64,000 bases of DNA from Macrostomum lignano (taxonomy: Eukaryota). Every line of letters begins with the position of its first letter. Within the stretch, counting starts at the first letter, position 1. The notes under the pieces are model-generated. The model searched no databases and was not told where the DNA came from. It worked only from the letters and a program-made list of their open reading frames with translations. Below, in pieces: positions 43,200-56,459 of this stretch. A program made the translations under genes and the position numbers. The stretch lies in contig NIVC01003134.1 in assembly GCA_002269645.1 (NCBI GenBank), positions 1 through 64,000 on the forward strand, written 5' to 3'.

Positions 43200-43540
43200 T
43201 ATGCCAAGCCAGGAATTCTCAGTTCCCTAAGAAAATTCCCCTCTGCCAAGCCAGGAATTCTCAGTTCCCTAAGAAAATTCCCTTCTGCCAAGCGAGGAAT
43301 TCTCGGTTCCCCAAGAAAATTCTTTTCTGCCAAGCCAGGAATTCTCAGTTCCCTAAGAAAATTCCCCTCTGCCAAGCCAGGAATTCTCGGTTCTCCAAGA
43401 AAATTACCCTTTGCCAAGCCAGGAATTTTCGTACAAGATAATAAGAAAATTCCCCTCTGCCAAGCGAGGAATTCTCGTACAAGATAATAAGAAAATTCCC
43501 CTCTGCCAAGCGAGGAATTCTGGTACAAGATAATAGGAAA
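43200..43540. repeat. 42-bp minisatellite in YME1L intron 2
   Basis: Unit CTGCCAAGCCAGGAATTCTCAGTTCCCTAAGAAAATTCCCCT. Confidence 0.9.
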
Positions 43541-43677
43541 ATTCCCTTCCGTAGGATGGGAAATTATTTTTTAGGAATATTCCATCTATTCAAGCAGAAC
43601 ATCACCATTTTCCAAGGAAATTTCTCTTTATCAAATTTGATACTTCATATTAGAAATTTGACAGTTCACTGACTGAC

Positions 43678-44255
43678 CTTGGCAGTCGAGCCCCAATTCG
43701 TTGGAAATCTTCCGGATGCTTCAGAAACTCGACAACATCTTCCAGTTCCCTCTTGGCGGTGTCGCAGCCGCGCACATCGTCGAATCGAACTTTACTAGTC
43801 TCCTTCTGAACGCTGATATCCGTTAGCATCACTTTGCTGAGCGAGTCCCTGGGGTTCAGCAGGCTGACTAGCAGGTACAGGGCACCAACAACTGACGCAG
43901 TCTTCAGCATGCCCAAGAAAAACTTCCACGCAGATTCCGACACACGACGCTGTCTGCTGTCCGTGCCGCCGCCGCTGCTGCCAGAGTGTCCGACACCGTC
44001 GCGAACGCCGCGAGTGTAAGCGTCTACTAGGCGTAGCAGGACCGCGCTTTGGCCGTGCGCATCCAGAGGTAAATCGCGCGACACCGAGCGAAGAAGATTC
44101 TGCATCTGGGCGCTGGCTGCGCCCGAGGATGACGACTGGGATGAGGTGTCGACATGCTCGCCGGGATGCTGACTGTACAGCTGATGGTGCTGTTGCGTTG
44201 CGGCCGAATCCGACTGGATTGATGGGCGGTGTTGGCGCGCTTTATGCGAGAGCAA
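43678..44255 (-). CDS. YME1L1: YME1L exon 2 (N-domain, TM helix, start of AAA)
   Basis: Acceptor TTTAG|TTG, phase 0; [24 protein letters not shown]; [29 protein letters not shown]; donor AG|GTCAGT, phase 2. Confidence 0.93.
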
Positions 44256-44842
44256 CTAAAGATCTGGGAGGCTGGCCCAGCAACTGAGGATCTGGGAAGC
44301 TGGCCCAGCAACTGACACTCTGGGAAGCTGGCCCAGCAACTGACACTCTGGGAGGCTGGCCCAGCAACTGACACTCTGGGAGGCTGGCCCAGCAACTGAC
44401 ACTGAGAGGCTGGCCCAGCAACTAAGGATCTGGGAGGCTGGCCCAGCAACTGACACTGAGAGGCTGGCCCAGCAACTAAGGATCTGGGAGGCTGGCCGAG
44501 CAACTGAGAATCTGTGAGGCTGGCCCAGCAACTGACACTCTGGGAAGCTGGCCCAGCAACTGACACTCTGGGATGCTGGCCCAGCAACTGACACTCTGGG
44601 AGGCTGGCCCAGCAACTGACACTCTGGGAGGCTGGCCCAGCAACTGACACTCTGGGAGGCTGGCCCAGCAACTGACACTCTGGGAGGCTGGCCCAGCAAC
44701 TGACACTCTGGGAGGCTGGCCCAGCAACTAACACTCTGGGAGGCTGGCCCAGCAACTGACACTCTGGGAGGCTGGCCCAGCAACTAACACTCTGGGAGGC
44801 TGGCCCAGCAACTGAGGATCTGGGAGGCTGGCCCAGCAACTG
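44256..44842. repeat. 28-bp minisatellite filling YME1L intron 1, about 21 copies
   Basis: Unit CTGGGAGGCTGGCCCAGCAACTGACACT. Confidence 0.96.
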
Positions 44843-44869
44843 AAAGCACAGTGAAACTGCACAGCATAC

Positions 44870-45331
44870 CTGTCCGCTGAAAATGCGTCCCAGGCTGATC
44901 CCAGCAGACGGTCGCTGGCCGCCAGCCCGCTTGCCAATGCCAGTGTAGCGAAACTGCTGTTGCTGGCCATCACTGGACCGCCTAGATGTCGAAGTTCGGA
45001 ATCCTCGTCTCTGTCCAATCACACCGTTATTTCCGCCAATTCGAATAGCCAGCATATCGGCATTGAGCAGACCTGTGCCAACACCCGGCAACAGGTGAAC
45101 AGCTGAGCACTGTCGAATATTCTCAGGCTTAACACCCGATTCAGCTAATCCGCACGTGGCAACAAATTCTCGAAATGCTGATTCTTCTAATTTTAGCAGC
45201 ACAGCGGCTGGCGCAGTCGATTCAGCTGACTGCTGAGGTCCCGCTCTGGCGGCGAGGCGGCGAATCCCATTGAGAAATCGATCATAGACCAATAGACCAA
45301 TAACTGGCTCAGTGACAGTCAGGCTGTTCAT
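44870..45331 (-). CDS. YME1L1: YME1L exon 1 (mitochondrial targeting / N-terminal region)
   Basis: ATG at 45331; RRGFRT resembles the YME1L RGFKT segment; donor CAG|GTATGC, phase 0. The six exons sum to 2442 nt, i.e. 813 aa plus stop, with no frameshift. Confidence 0.85.
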
Positions 45332-46839
45332 GGCTGTTAGGCATCAAATTAAATCGGCTAAGTTTTTGTATTCTAATTTTATAGAAAATCATTTAACACG
45401 CTATCATGTTCGCTTCCTGTACACAGCCACATTCCTGACGATTAGAAAGTCAAATGCACCGCCGTACCGCTGAAGAAAGGTGACCACCTATCACCCACTA
45501 ACTGGAGGCTGTTTGCTACTATTGATATACAATATGTAGTATAGAAAGATTTGATATAAAACTACTAAATGAAATTGCAAACTAATAATTGTTTCTTACA
45601 AAAAAATTGAGAAGATAAAATTAACTTAAAAAGCATCATTTTCACATGGCCATAATTGAACTTCCCAACCACAAATGGCTTTTGCCATACTTTCTTTAGG
45701 ACAAGAGTGGTTCCACATTCAAACCATTTACAATTTATCTTTATAAAGAAACGTACTTTGATGCAGCCAAATTCAAGTGCTTTTTGGTAAGCAAAAAAGT
45801 TTACATACTTGTAAGCTAAGATAAAGAAAAAGTGAAAGAAACTACGGTTTTTCTCTTTTTCATTCTTCCTTTATTACTTTCTATTCTCTAATCTCTATCT
45901 TTTTGCCTCATTTGCTTTTCTTTCTCTTTCCTTTGAGACCTTAATCATTTTCCTTTCTTTTCTATTTCTTATTTTCTCTCTTATTTTTTACTCTTTTATC
46001 TATATAAATAAATGCAGACTGTGTTTTTGCTAGAGACAAGGTTCAAAATCAAACCCTGTGCCCAATTTTAGGGTGTAAGGCTCAGAGTGTAATTTCAAGG
46101 TGTGATATAAAAATTCAGGGTGCATATGCTCACCGTGTATAGTGTATACACAAACCTAGAATGCAACAATTAAATAAACAAATAAAAAAACAAATTAAGT
46201 AAACAATATATATAAGAGTACAATATATGTTTTTCTAGACTATTTGTCTAATACTCAATGCTTCTATGATCATATTCATGTTCTTAGCAACAAAATTATA
46301 TTAAAAATTATAAAATTGTAAAAATAATGTTTTTATTAATCTTTTTATAAATATTAAAATGTTATAGGGCTAGGGTTATGGTTGTTTCGTTGTTTAGGTT
46401 TTAACCCTAAGAACCAAAGTATTGGTTATCAATTTTCATTTTTGTTTTGGCATAGGCCAAAGACTACTTAATAGTAATATACTATAGGATGCTAGTCTGA
46501 GCATTCAGTGTAAACATTTTTGAAGGCTGGCTTCTCTGAGTCTTAAAACTGATTCATATTTTGGAGAAGAAAAACTTCGAAGCCCAACACCCCAACTATC
46601 AGAGTCCCAGTTTTTTTTAACTTTTTCTGTTTTCTTTTTTTAACATTTGACTGGGCTTTTCTGGGTGGCCACTCAGTGCAGGTTCACAACTAAAGCATAC
46701 ATAAAATGACTCATTCAAGAGGCTTTGCATACATGCATGTGTATACTGTTAAATTTAAGAGACAAGAGTTGCAACTTGGATCCTGTCTAAGGAACAATGA
46801 TTTTTTATTATCATATTTTGCTAAGAAGAACAAGACATT

Positions 46840-47502
46840 GTGTTCAAATGCAGCCTTGGAAATTGTAAAGGCAATTATGACAGCAAGCTTCAAACCAAGG
46901 CCTATGTTCCCATCTACAGTCTCCCAAAGGATACGGAGTCTTGTCAGTGGCGGTTATCAGCTCTGCCAAATTTTATCACTCTAACAGATAACACTAGAAT
47001 TTGCCGAAGACATTGGCCTGCAGATGCAATTATGATAAAAGTTAAGTACTTTTGGCGACCAAGAGACCCTATGTCTATCTTTAATGCCTCAAAGAACTTT
47101 TTGAAGCAGACTGCACCATTGTCAGACAGACAAGTTGATGCCACAAAAGTGATAATAAAAACCAGAAATGAGATTGCAAATGAGCTCAATGAGTTTAATA
47201 AGATTGATTGCATCGTTGACGGGAAAGAACTTATTGCGGGACTGCCCAACTTCTCCAAATCAAGAGACCTGACATTAAAGTCAAATGAAGAATTTGCAAA
47301 TCTGCACTTTATATCTGATGAAGACAAAGTTACATTCACTATTAAACTGCAAACAACAATGAATTTGACTACAAGCCATCAACTTTCCATTGAACTCATT
47401 GTAGTCCGCAATATTCTTGGCTATCAGCACCATCTTGAGCAATGGTCACAGTTAGAAGCAGTGGTAAGTATTGAAGGACTGAAAGGGTTTAAAAAACATT
47501 AA
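46840..47502 (+). pseudogene. THAP zinc-finger N-terminus of a P-element-like transposase (truncated)
   Basis: C2CH signature CSLGNC...YSLPKD...W...RICRRHW, then RPRDPMSIF; no ATG start (GTG). Confidence 0.8.
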
Positions 47503-47799
47503 GTACTTTTGTGATCTATTTTTGTGTTCAGAAATAAATAGCAGTCTATAAACTGAATATTTAGCAGTCTATTTGGTGAAAATGCGATCAAAATTGGTCA
47601 AGAATTGCAATCTCTAGAGTGTTATGCACAAGCATACAAACCTTAGAGATTTAGTATATTTAAATTTTTTAATTCAATTGGACCTAGGAAACTTTTTATG
47701 ATTTATGATATCTATGAAGCTAGCCTAATAATTTGAGGGAAAGCACAAATAGAAAATCTCTCTTATCTCTTTCCCCTCTCCTATCTCTTTCCTTAGGTT

Positions 47800-48760
47800 C
47801 ATTGGCTCCGAAACTTAAATTGAACTCTGGAGGAGAACTGTGCATCAGCTGCTTGACAAGTTCAAAAAGCAAATTAGTGAAACAGTTGCAGAAAACCACA
47901 ACATGAAAGCGTAAAGGTGTATTCTTTACTCAGCATCAGCAAGCAAATAGCACTTCTTGATGTTCCACCTCAGCAAAGATGATATGAACCAGTGACATTG
48001 AAGGTAGCTACCAAGCTTCTTCTCGCAAGTCAAAGCCCATCATCAGAGCATGCTGATGATAGGCTATCAGTCATGACAGGCCATTATAATATCTTTCACA
48101 TTAGAATGCGCGAACTATATCCAAACCTAGTAAAGATGAAGACTTGCACTCTCTACCATGTTGTGAATGCTGCTTGAGCTGCCTGTGATAAACTTGGCCA
48201 TCAAGCTGAGCATCTTGCTGACAATCTCCATTTGTATTTCCTATACACTTCAAGGTGAAAAAAGTATTAAGGAAGTTCAAGAACTATTAGAAATTGATTC
48301 ACATCGACTTCTTTGCCATGTTGAAATGCGCTGGCTCCAGTTGCTTTCTGTGGTAGAAAGAATTCTCATTTCTCAAGCAACTACCTGGCTTGCATAGATA
48401 CTTCCTTCATGACTTGCCCCGTGACAAGCCAGATGAGCTACGCAATCAGAGAGTTTAGCAGATTTGTGAGTCACTAGAAGATACCCAAGTCGAGTTTGAC
48501 CTCTGCTTTCTTCAAGCTGTTCTCCTAGAGATTGACAAGTTTGAAAAATACTTCCAAAAAAGAACCGTGCTTATTCACAATATGTACCCCAAGCTTTGTA
48601 AGCTTTTCCGGGGTCTGCTGACATGCTTCCTAACAACAAACCACATCCAGAGCAACAACAACAAGCTAGCAACTTTGAAGTTCGATCTGCAAGTCTCTGA
48701 ATACTTTTTTTGCACAGAATCAATCCTCTTGGCTCTTGCAAATAACTATGTTTTATAATA
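47800..48760 (+). pseudogene. hAT/ZNF862-like transposase fragments inside the P-like element
   Basis: CTLYHVVNAA; ELLEIDSHRLLCHVEMRWLQLLSVVERIL; DLCFLQAVLLEIDKFEKYFQK. Spread over frames with stops. Confidence 0.6.
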
Positions 48761-49495
48761 ACTCTTAATAAATATTTGAAAACTCGAAATCAACTGCTAT
48801 TAGAGGAGGACAAACTATGCGTGCAGTATGTTCCAGGTAACTCAGAAGTAGCTACTACTATATTAGCAAAAGAAAAGAAGCACTTATTTATTATCTCCCC
48901 AAAATTATCCTCTTTATACAATAATTTCTGACTTTGTTTATAACAAATTACTGTATATACTGGCTAATACACTCTACAACTATTATTATAACAAAAAATT
49001 GATTGTACTGTATATACTGTTTACACAGTGTTTTGACTATTTGTGTACTATGTGGGCTAATGTGCTGTCTCAATGCATAAACTTTTATATAGAAGCTCTC
49101 AATTCTATGTTGACAATGTAGTGTGCTGACCATGTACTAACTATATGCAAGAACAATAAATTGGATAGTTAAGTAATCAAATCCTTTGATCATGAGTTAG
49201 TAGCATTGGAATTTTTTGGAAAATTTATTGTGCAAATTTTCTTCAACTGTCTTCATTTTATATTGTTAGCATTTTGCTTTAGGAGACCCGGAATACATTA
49301 GGATTTAGATTCCTTGATTAGGACGTTGTTTAAATTGGTTTTAATAATATTGTGAACAAGTATTTTGAGGATTAAAAATGGATCTTTAAACTTTCTAATT
49401 CATGAAAAATATACTCTGTGGATTTTTTTAATCTGCAGATTATTTTTTAGAAATGCCTGTAACAATATTGGGAGGCTGCTACTGTATCTGTATCT

Positions 49496-50111
49496 GTGGA
49501 GCAAGTGCTATCTAGTCTAAAAGTACAGCATCTTTGTCTGTTTCACAAGCTGGAGATTTTAGTGGAAGCTCTTTTGCATGCTTCTGGAAGCTGCTACATG
49601 TCAGTATTGGATGATGGAGAGCTTATTTGGATTGATGATGCTTATGGTCACACCAAAAATGTCTCAGAGATTGAGCGGCAAGTGCTGTTCTATGTGGCCA
49701 GCTATGTCTGCTACAATGAGAACATCAAAGTCAATGATGAATTGCCATCCCAAACAACAGCTAATGACAGCAAGTTTACAATTTACAATGATGGTCTCTT
49801 GTAGGAAGCTAAAGTTTCCAAGACAGGGGGTTTTTGATTTTACCTTACTGGCATTTGTGATCTTCATATCCTTCAGTGCCTGCGGATATGCCAATTGAAT
49901 CCACCGAGTATTGTGCTTTGCTTACAAATCAAATGGATTCACATTCAAGTGTCTTGCCAATTGCCTGTCACCTAGTGAACACCTTTTTCTCAGGCTAGGT
50001 AAAGCAACACAAGGACTTGGACAATCTAAACAACTGCAGCATGCCAACAGAAGATACAAAAGCTATCTTCAAACTGAATTAGCTAAATTAATTTGCCATC
50101 TGATAGTTTGA
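49496..50111 (+). pseudogene. C-terminal relic of a P-element-like transposase
   Basis: ERQVLFYVASYVCY...SKFT...(G)KLKFPRQGVFDFTLLAFVIF resembles the L-Y-x-A-G-Y-V / GGL-x-x-P segment of THAP9/P-type proteins; stops and frameshifts. Confidence 0.5.
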
Positions 50112-51024
50112 TACTTTTGTTACTTATCTGTGCTGTCTTAAAAATAATGAAAACTGCTATGCAATATTTACACTTAACAATTTCTTTGCATTGATTAATG
50201 AAAACTGCTACGCAATATAATACAATTAACAATTTCTTTGCATTGATTCCTTTTTTATTTTCTTCTTATTTTCCTTTACCTGCTGGTAACAATATCTATA
50301 ATAAATTGCTTTTTTGCTAAATAAATTAGACTCTCAAATAGACTGAATAGCAAACACAAAATTATTGAGCATTTTAAAAAATACTATAGGAATTATTCTC
50401 TCTAAAAAATACTCCGGCAAGCTAGCCTTCAAAAAAAATTACACTGAATGGGCAGAAAAGAGTCCTGCATTATATTACTATTAAGTAGTCCTTGCATAGG
50501 CCTATTTTAAGTGCAATAAAAGTCTATTGGTATACATTGGTATATAACAGCTAGGGAAGCAATTTTCATTCCAATGTATATTTATACACACAATTCTAAC
50601 ATTAGGCAATACCTACATTTATATCATTGATTCAATAGGGTCTTTATAATATTGAATATCACTATGACAATAGTCAATAGAATAATATACTATATATAAG
50701 CTACTAAAAAGAAAAGCAGCAAAATAGCATTTAAGCAATTGTCTCTTAACCCCTAGGGCCCCTTGTTGGCTTTCCAGCTATTGACAATGCACTCACACTT
50801 ATTTACCAAGAGATTTATAGGGCCTAGGCTAGGCATATCCTATTTGTCATTTTTGCCAATGGCTTCTACCCAAGTTTTTTCTATTAGATAAGGTCCTTGG
50901 TGCATGTGGTGCATTTTTTAGATATAGTCACTTTGGTGACAAAATATTTTAATGACAATTAATTCAGTAACAAAAAGTGGCTACCCTGTAAAATTGTTTG
51001 GTAAATTATTTTCTCAATGGGGAT

Positions 51025-51865
51025 CAGTGTTGGGCAAGTTACTCAAAAAAAGTAACTTGCGTTACTGTAACTTAAGTTACCAATTTTTAAAAGGTAACTT
51101 ACGTTAGCCTAGTAACTTTAGACAAAAATCTGGTAACTTTTAAGTTACTGTCCGTTACTCACTTCCGTTACCCATGTTATTAACAAAAATTTTCAGCTTT
51201 TTTTCACATTGCACATTTTTTCACATTGTTGTTACCGAAATTTGCCATTGGGCATTGGGATTAACCGATTAACAGACAGAGACAGGAATTGGCGACACGA
51301 TGTGAGGCAAGTAGAAGGACCAATGGGCAATGGCAATCAATAATTAAAATTATAAATGATAAAATAAACGAATATCAATAATTCAATAGAGTAAAATAAA
51401 TAGAACTGTATAAAATGGTGTAGTGTACTGCAGTGCCAGTGGAGGGACTTGTGGAGGCTACAGATGAATTTCTTTCTTTGGTTGTTTGTTTGAATCAAAC
51501 TTGAAAATTTTTAGTAACGAAAATGAAAGGCGACAATATTTTACCGAAATTAACAAAGTAAAACATGTTTCAAGTATTTCTTCATTAATTAAACGCAATA
51601 CCATATGATACTATTCACTTAATTTTGAATTTAGGAATGAAAAATGCAAAAACATGTGACAACCGGCGTAATAGCTAAGCATTTCAGTTTTAAATTTAAA
51701 TATTGCGATTGTTGCAAAGTAACTGTAACGGACTTCTGAAATTTGAGTAACTTACCGTTACTCCGTTACTAAAATAAAAAAGTAACTTGCGTAAGGAACG
51801 CTTTACGAAAAAGTAACTTGCGTTACCATTTGCAAGTTACTCGGTAACGGAAGTGCCCAACACTG
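51025..51865. mobile_element. hAT-type MITE, 841 bp
   Basis: 11-bp perfect TIR CAGTGTTGGGC / GCCCAACACTG; perfect 8-bp TSD ATGGGGAT; many subterminal GTAAC/GTTAC motifs. Confidence 0.92.
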
Positions 51866-52659
51866 ATGGGGATAACTTGCATCTTAACTCTTGAGTTTAT
51901 AACAATGTAAGAAAGTAACATTGAAATGACAAAACATAAACTAGATACCAAATTTTGTTATAGTCATCTTCACATACTTTATGCATTCATCTTTATGTAC
52001 TTTGGGCAAACATCTTGGGGTGGCATGATCCATGTTGGGGCAAAAGCAGTGGTCCTAGGATGGCACAAATTTGCATCTGGCGCAAATTTTGAGCAAAGTG
52101 GCATGAATGCGCAAGTTTTTTTTGCTGTGGTGCGAGTTTTTTCTAACAAAGTGGCGCAAATTTTTTGCAACTGAATGGCCTGAATTTTAGTGGCTGTTAC
52201 GCAATTTTTTGCGACTGGGTGATGATGAAAGTAAGTGATTGTACATTCTATGAACTTCTCTACGAAACAATGTATCACTGTTATCCATGTCCTAGCATAT
52301 GGGCGCATGTTTGACATGAGGTTAAGTGAAAATGATGCAATTGCTTGCTCAATAATATTTAGCAATTCTAGCTAGATATATGGCTGTATAAACTAATTGA
52401 GCAATTGCTTAGGAGTTTTAACTTAGAATCTGAGTTTGAGCAACTGCTCGAACTCAAGTAAAAACTCAGTTGAAATTTGAATAAAGCCTTCTTAAGCATT
52501 TATCCATATGAAAATATTCACTTTATTTATGCTGAATCTTTTAGCTTAGTCTCAGCAATAGCTCTTCTATTCATTGGTCTATACAATCCTAGACTAGATG
52601 AGATGTAAATTATGTTCAAGTTAACTTAATAATCATCTTTCTGGTTCTATTTTTCAGCT

Positions 52660-54960
52660 TCTATTTACCAATGAAACACAAAAATGTTGCCTAGAGCGAC
52701 GAATGGCTTAAAACAGCAGACAAGAATAGAAACATTATTTCACTATGGGCAAGGCAATGCGACCCCAGCCAGAAAAAAGTCCACTGCAACTGGTGCAATG
52801 TGGACTTTGTTTGCCACAGTGGCCTAACAAATTTAAAGAGCCACTCTGAATCCAGAAAGCACAGATAGGTATCTCTAGCAAAGAAAAACTGCGCACTTCT
52901 TCCTGTGCAGTATCTTCCACGTGACCCTGATGAAGCTACAGGAGCTGCACCTGTTCCTGGAAGTGCAGCCAAGACTGCTGAGATTTGCTGTGTTATTAGA
53001 AGTGTGTTAAAGTTGCATAGCTTTCAATCTGAAGACGATCTTGTTGATGACTTGTGTGCAATTTGCCTGGACTCCAAGATTCCAGCGCAGATGCAGCTTG
53101 GGGTAACTAAGGTCTCCTACTTGTTGATTGATACACTATTTCCATATGTCCGAGAGTCTATTATTACTGAGATTTGTGAAGCCAGCTTTTTTTCACTGCA
53201 GGTTGACAAGGCCAACAAGGGAGTCAAGTTCCTTGGCATTGTTGCCCACTATCTCCCAAAAGATTCCTTCTATGTGAAGGTTGTTTGTATGGATCTGCTA
53301 CTACTGAAATCAACTACAGCCAAGCAGATAGCTACGACAATTTTGGAAGCAGTTTCACAATCAGGTCTTGCTAAGGAGAATTGTCTTATGGTGATGTCGG
53401 ACAGTTATAATACAATGGGTGGTTCCAAAAGTGGCATTGTAGTGTGGCTGAAAAATGATGAGGGTTTGTCCAATGACCAATGTCATTGACCTGGGTAGCT
53501 GCTCTCTACATCACATCACTAACGTTGCAAAGTATGCCTATGCTGCTGCTGATCTGGGTGTTGAGACCGAAGACCTAGTGACTAGGCTAGTCAAAGAAAT
53601 TTACTGTTACTTCAAATTTTTGAATACAGAGCAGAGCAATTTTGACAATATCCTCTCTTCAAACTTCATGGCCATCTTGCATTTCTTTGGCCAGTAAACA
53701 CTCATTGGCTTCAGGTAGTGCCAGTGGTGGAATGCATTCTCTACCTGTATGAGCCATTGGCGAAATTCTTTGACTGCAAGGCCAAAAATTGCCCAAGCTC
53801 TGCCAAAATCAAGGCAACATTGCACGATGCTAAGACCAAGTTCTTCTTCACCTTTTTGGCAGAAGCCCTAAAGCCACTTCAAGAGTTTGAGCTTCTATTT
53901 CAAAGCAAGAGCACTCAGACCCATTTGCTGCACAGCCTAATTTTGGATCTCATGAAGCATTGGCTTCGGCGGTTTTTGAAGCTGAGTAAACTTCCAGAAA
54001 AGTTCTGGACAGATGAGCTGACCAACTTGGGCGATTTGACTGTTTGGCTTTTGCCATACAATGGTGTAATGGGCAATCCAGCCAAGCGACTCTTTGTTGA
54101 GCTCTCTGCAGATGACTAACAAAAATCATTCAAGTCAATGAAGTGCTTTTTCAAGGCTGGTACACAGAAGCTTCAGAAATACTTACTGTTTAACAGCACC
54201 TTTCTCTCAGCCTGCCAAATTCTTGATCTGGTTCTTGGCGCGTCGTCTTCTGAGCATTTTCAAGGACACGGACATTGGTTCTCTTGAAGTAGAGGCTTGA
54301 CTGCATCAAACCAAAATTGATTCTACAGCTAATGCGGATTTTGACATTGTTACATTCTGGCAAAGACTTTTCAAGCCAGTGGGGGACAAGCGCCCTCTAC
54401 TGATTTGACTTGTTTGCGCACTTCTAATCCTTCTTCATGGAAATGGGGAAATTGAGCGCGTCTAGTACTTTGAGTGACACAGTAACAAAGAAATGCTGAG
54501 TTTTGAAACCAGAAACAGTTAGGGCATTGGTTGTGGCTTGTTCCTGCCTTCAAGCTCAACAATGGACTGCAGCTACTCTGCCAGTGACTTCTAGTCTGAT
54601 CAATATATGTAACAGTGCCTACGCCAACTACTGTCAAAGACTAAAGGATGATGCAGCTTTTGAGGAGGCACGCCATGCAAAGGAGCTCACAGAGTTGCTT
54701 ACTATTGAAGTCCGAGCCGAGAAGCAGGCCAGTAAGGCCATTTTCAATCTGCATGAGAATTTGGAGGATAAGGACAAAGAAATTGAGACTAAACTTAAGG
54801 AGAATGATGTCACCTACCAGCTGCTGCTGGATGCTCAAAAAGCTAAGGAGAAATGAGAACAAGAAATTGAGATGCTGCGATAGGATCGCAACAGACTCCA
54901 GAGGCACAAAGAGAATGAGACAGAGCATGTGACTGACAGTGTGCTAAAGCAAAAGGCATG
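52660..54960 (+). pseudogene. Degenerate hAT (ZNF862-like) transposase
   Basis: Zn finger KVHCNWC...HSG...H...KH; FFSLQVDKANK (catalytic D region); VMSDSYNTMGGSKSG; DLGSCSLHH; EFELLFQS; hAT dimerisation-like ALLILLHGNGEIERV and LKPETVRAL. Multiple stops and frameshifts; flanked by TGGC(A/G)C subterminal motifs. Confidence 0.8.
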
Positions 54961-55118
54961 CAAGCTGGCAATGGCCAGTTTGGAGGCTTCTGCATCAGTG
55001 AAATTGCTTCCCAAAACCTCGAAGTGTCTATGATTTTCCTTATCTTTAGCTGACTTGACTGACTGCATGCTTTTATTTTACTAATATTCACTTTTTATAT
55101 TAGGGTACATTCACTTAC

Positions 55119-55404
55119 TTCTAGTTAGCACTAAGCCAGCAACATAGCAATGAGGGGTTTTCCCTTGGATACATATCTTTTTGTAAGTGTGCCAGTTGGC
55201 GCTATGTGTGCCACATAGACAAACGTTTGTGCCAACTTTTGATGCTGCTTTCATACCTTGAAGTTTAAGTAAGATCCCACAATGATGAAAAGAAAAATGT
55301 TTTTTTTGTAATTTTTAAACTTCTACTTTTAGCGCCCAGAAAGGTTTATCAATGCCACTTTTTGCCAGAAGGTTGCTATGGTGCTGGCTTGGTGCTAACT
55401 GGAA
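55119..55404. repeat. About 32-bp inverted repeat pair (MITE-like; no TSD found)
   Basis: TTCTAGTTAGCACTAAGCCAGCAACATAGCAA vs the reverse complement of TTGCTATGGTGCTGGCTTGGTGCTAACTGGAA. Confidence 0.6.
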
Positions 55405-56039
55405 ATAAATTATCACTATTGAATACTTGTTCTCTGTTATTGCTGCATTCAATCTTATTAAAACTTACTCCTTCATTTTAACTATATTGTAACATTGCAC
55501 CATCTTTGATTTACCATCTTACTGCTAAAAACTAACGTATAACTAGAATTTTATTTGTTTGAAATATTTGTTTAATATGTTTTACTGTTGTGAGTGCTTT
55601 AAACGCTGCCACCATACATCCTGATGTTGAGATGAAGAATACACATCTATGAAAGTGCATTATCATACAAGCTAATAGCATTGGCATGTTCTGAAATTTT
55701 GAAGCTTTGCTCAGTGCAAATTCTGGCACAATTTTTTTTCATGGCCCAAAAAATCATAGGCATAACTAGCAATCTAGTGCGGCCCCCCTTCGGGGCGCCC
55801 AATAAGAAAGGAGCAAAAATAGTTCATGGAAAACAATAAAAAAACACATTTTCTTAAACACTAATTCCTTCTTCACATTTTAAAAATCACCTTATTCGTG
55901 TAAAATTGTCACGGACTAAGATGTTTGCAAAATTAAAAAATCACTTTTTCTCTAAAATTAACAAACAGTCAACAAAATATCGTTTCACTAAATAGAAAAT
56001 ATTCCCAAGACAGCAAGCAACCCCCTCCAAAAGTGAACA

Positions 56040-56455
56040 ATCGCAGATAGCAAGCATCCTCTAATGCTCATAGCAAGAATCACCACAGATAGCAAGCATC
56101 TGCAGATTAGCAAGCACCCCCCAGATATTATAGAAGCATCCACCCAGATAGCAAGCATCCACTCAGATAGCAAGCATTCTGCAGATATCAAGCACCCCCA
56201 GATATTATAGAAGCATCCTGCAGATAGCAAGCACCCCCCAGATATTATAGAAGCATTCACCCAGATAGCAAGCATCCTGCAGATAGCAAGCATCCTGCAG
56301 ATAGCAAGAATCCCTAAATAGCAAGCATCCTGCAGATAGCAAGAATCCCTGAATAGCAAGCATCCCTGGATAGAAAGAATCCCATGCATGTAGCCAGTAC
56401 CCCCTCTCCCAAATAGCAAGTATCCCCCCTCGAGAGCAAGCATCCACGAGACAGC
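56040..56455. repeat. Degenerate 18-bp minisatellite
   Basis: Unit AGATAGCAAGCATCC(T/A)(G/C)C. Confidence 0.85.
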
Positions 56456-56459
56456 AAGT

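Larger units (their letters stand above)
46458..50494 (+). mobile_element. Defective P-superfamily (THAP) DNA transposon, 4037 bp
   Basis: 24-bp TIR CAA(A/G)GACTACTTAATAGTAATATA with imperfect extension to about 85 bp; 7-bp TSD CATAGGC (46451-46457 and 50495-50501); internal THAP ORF and a P-transposase-like C-terminal relic. Confidence 0.85.

Noticed and set aside
44027-45331. Single-exon 434-aa protein
   Set aside because: Read-through of YME1L exon 1 into the intron-1 minisatellite; splicing 44870 to 44255 gives the conserved protein
55775-55802. GC hairpin with a CTTCGG loop as a terminator or Helitron end
   Set aside because: Isolated short stem with no U-tract and no matching Helitron 5' end identified
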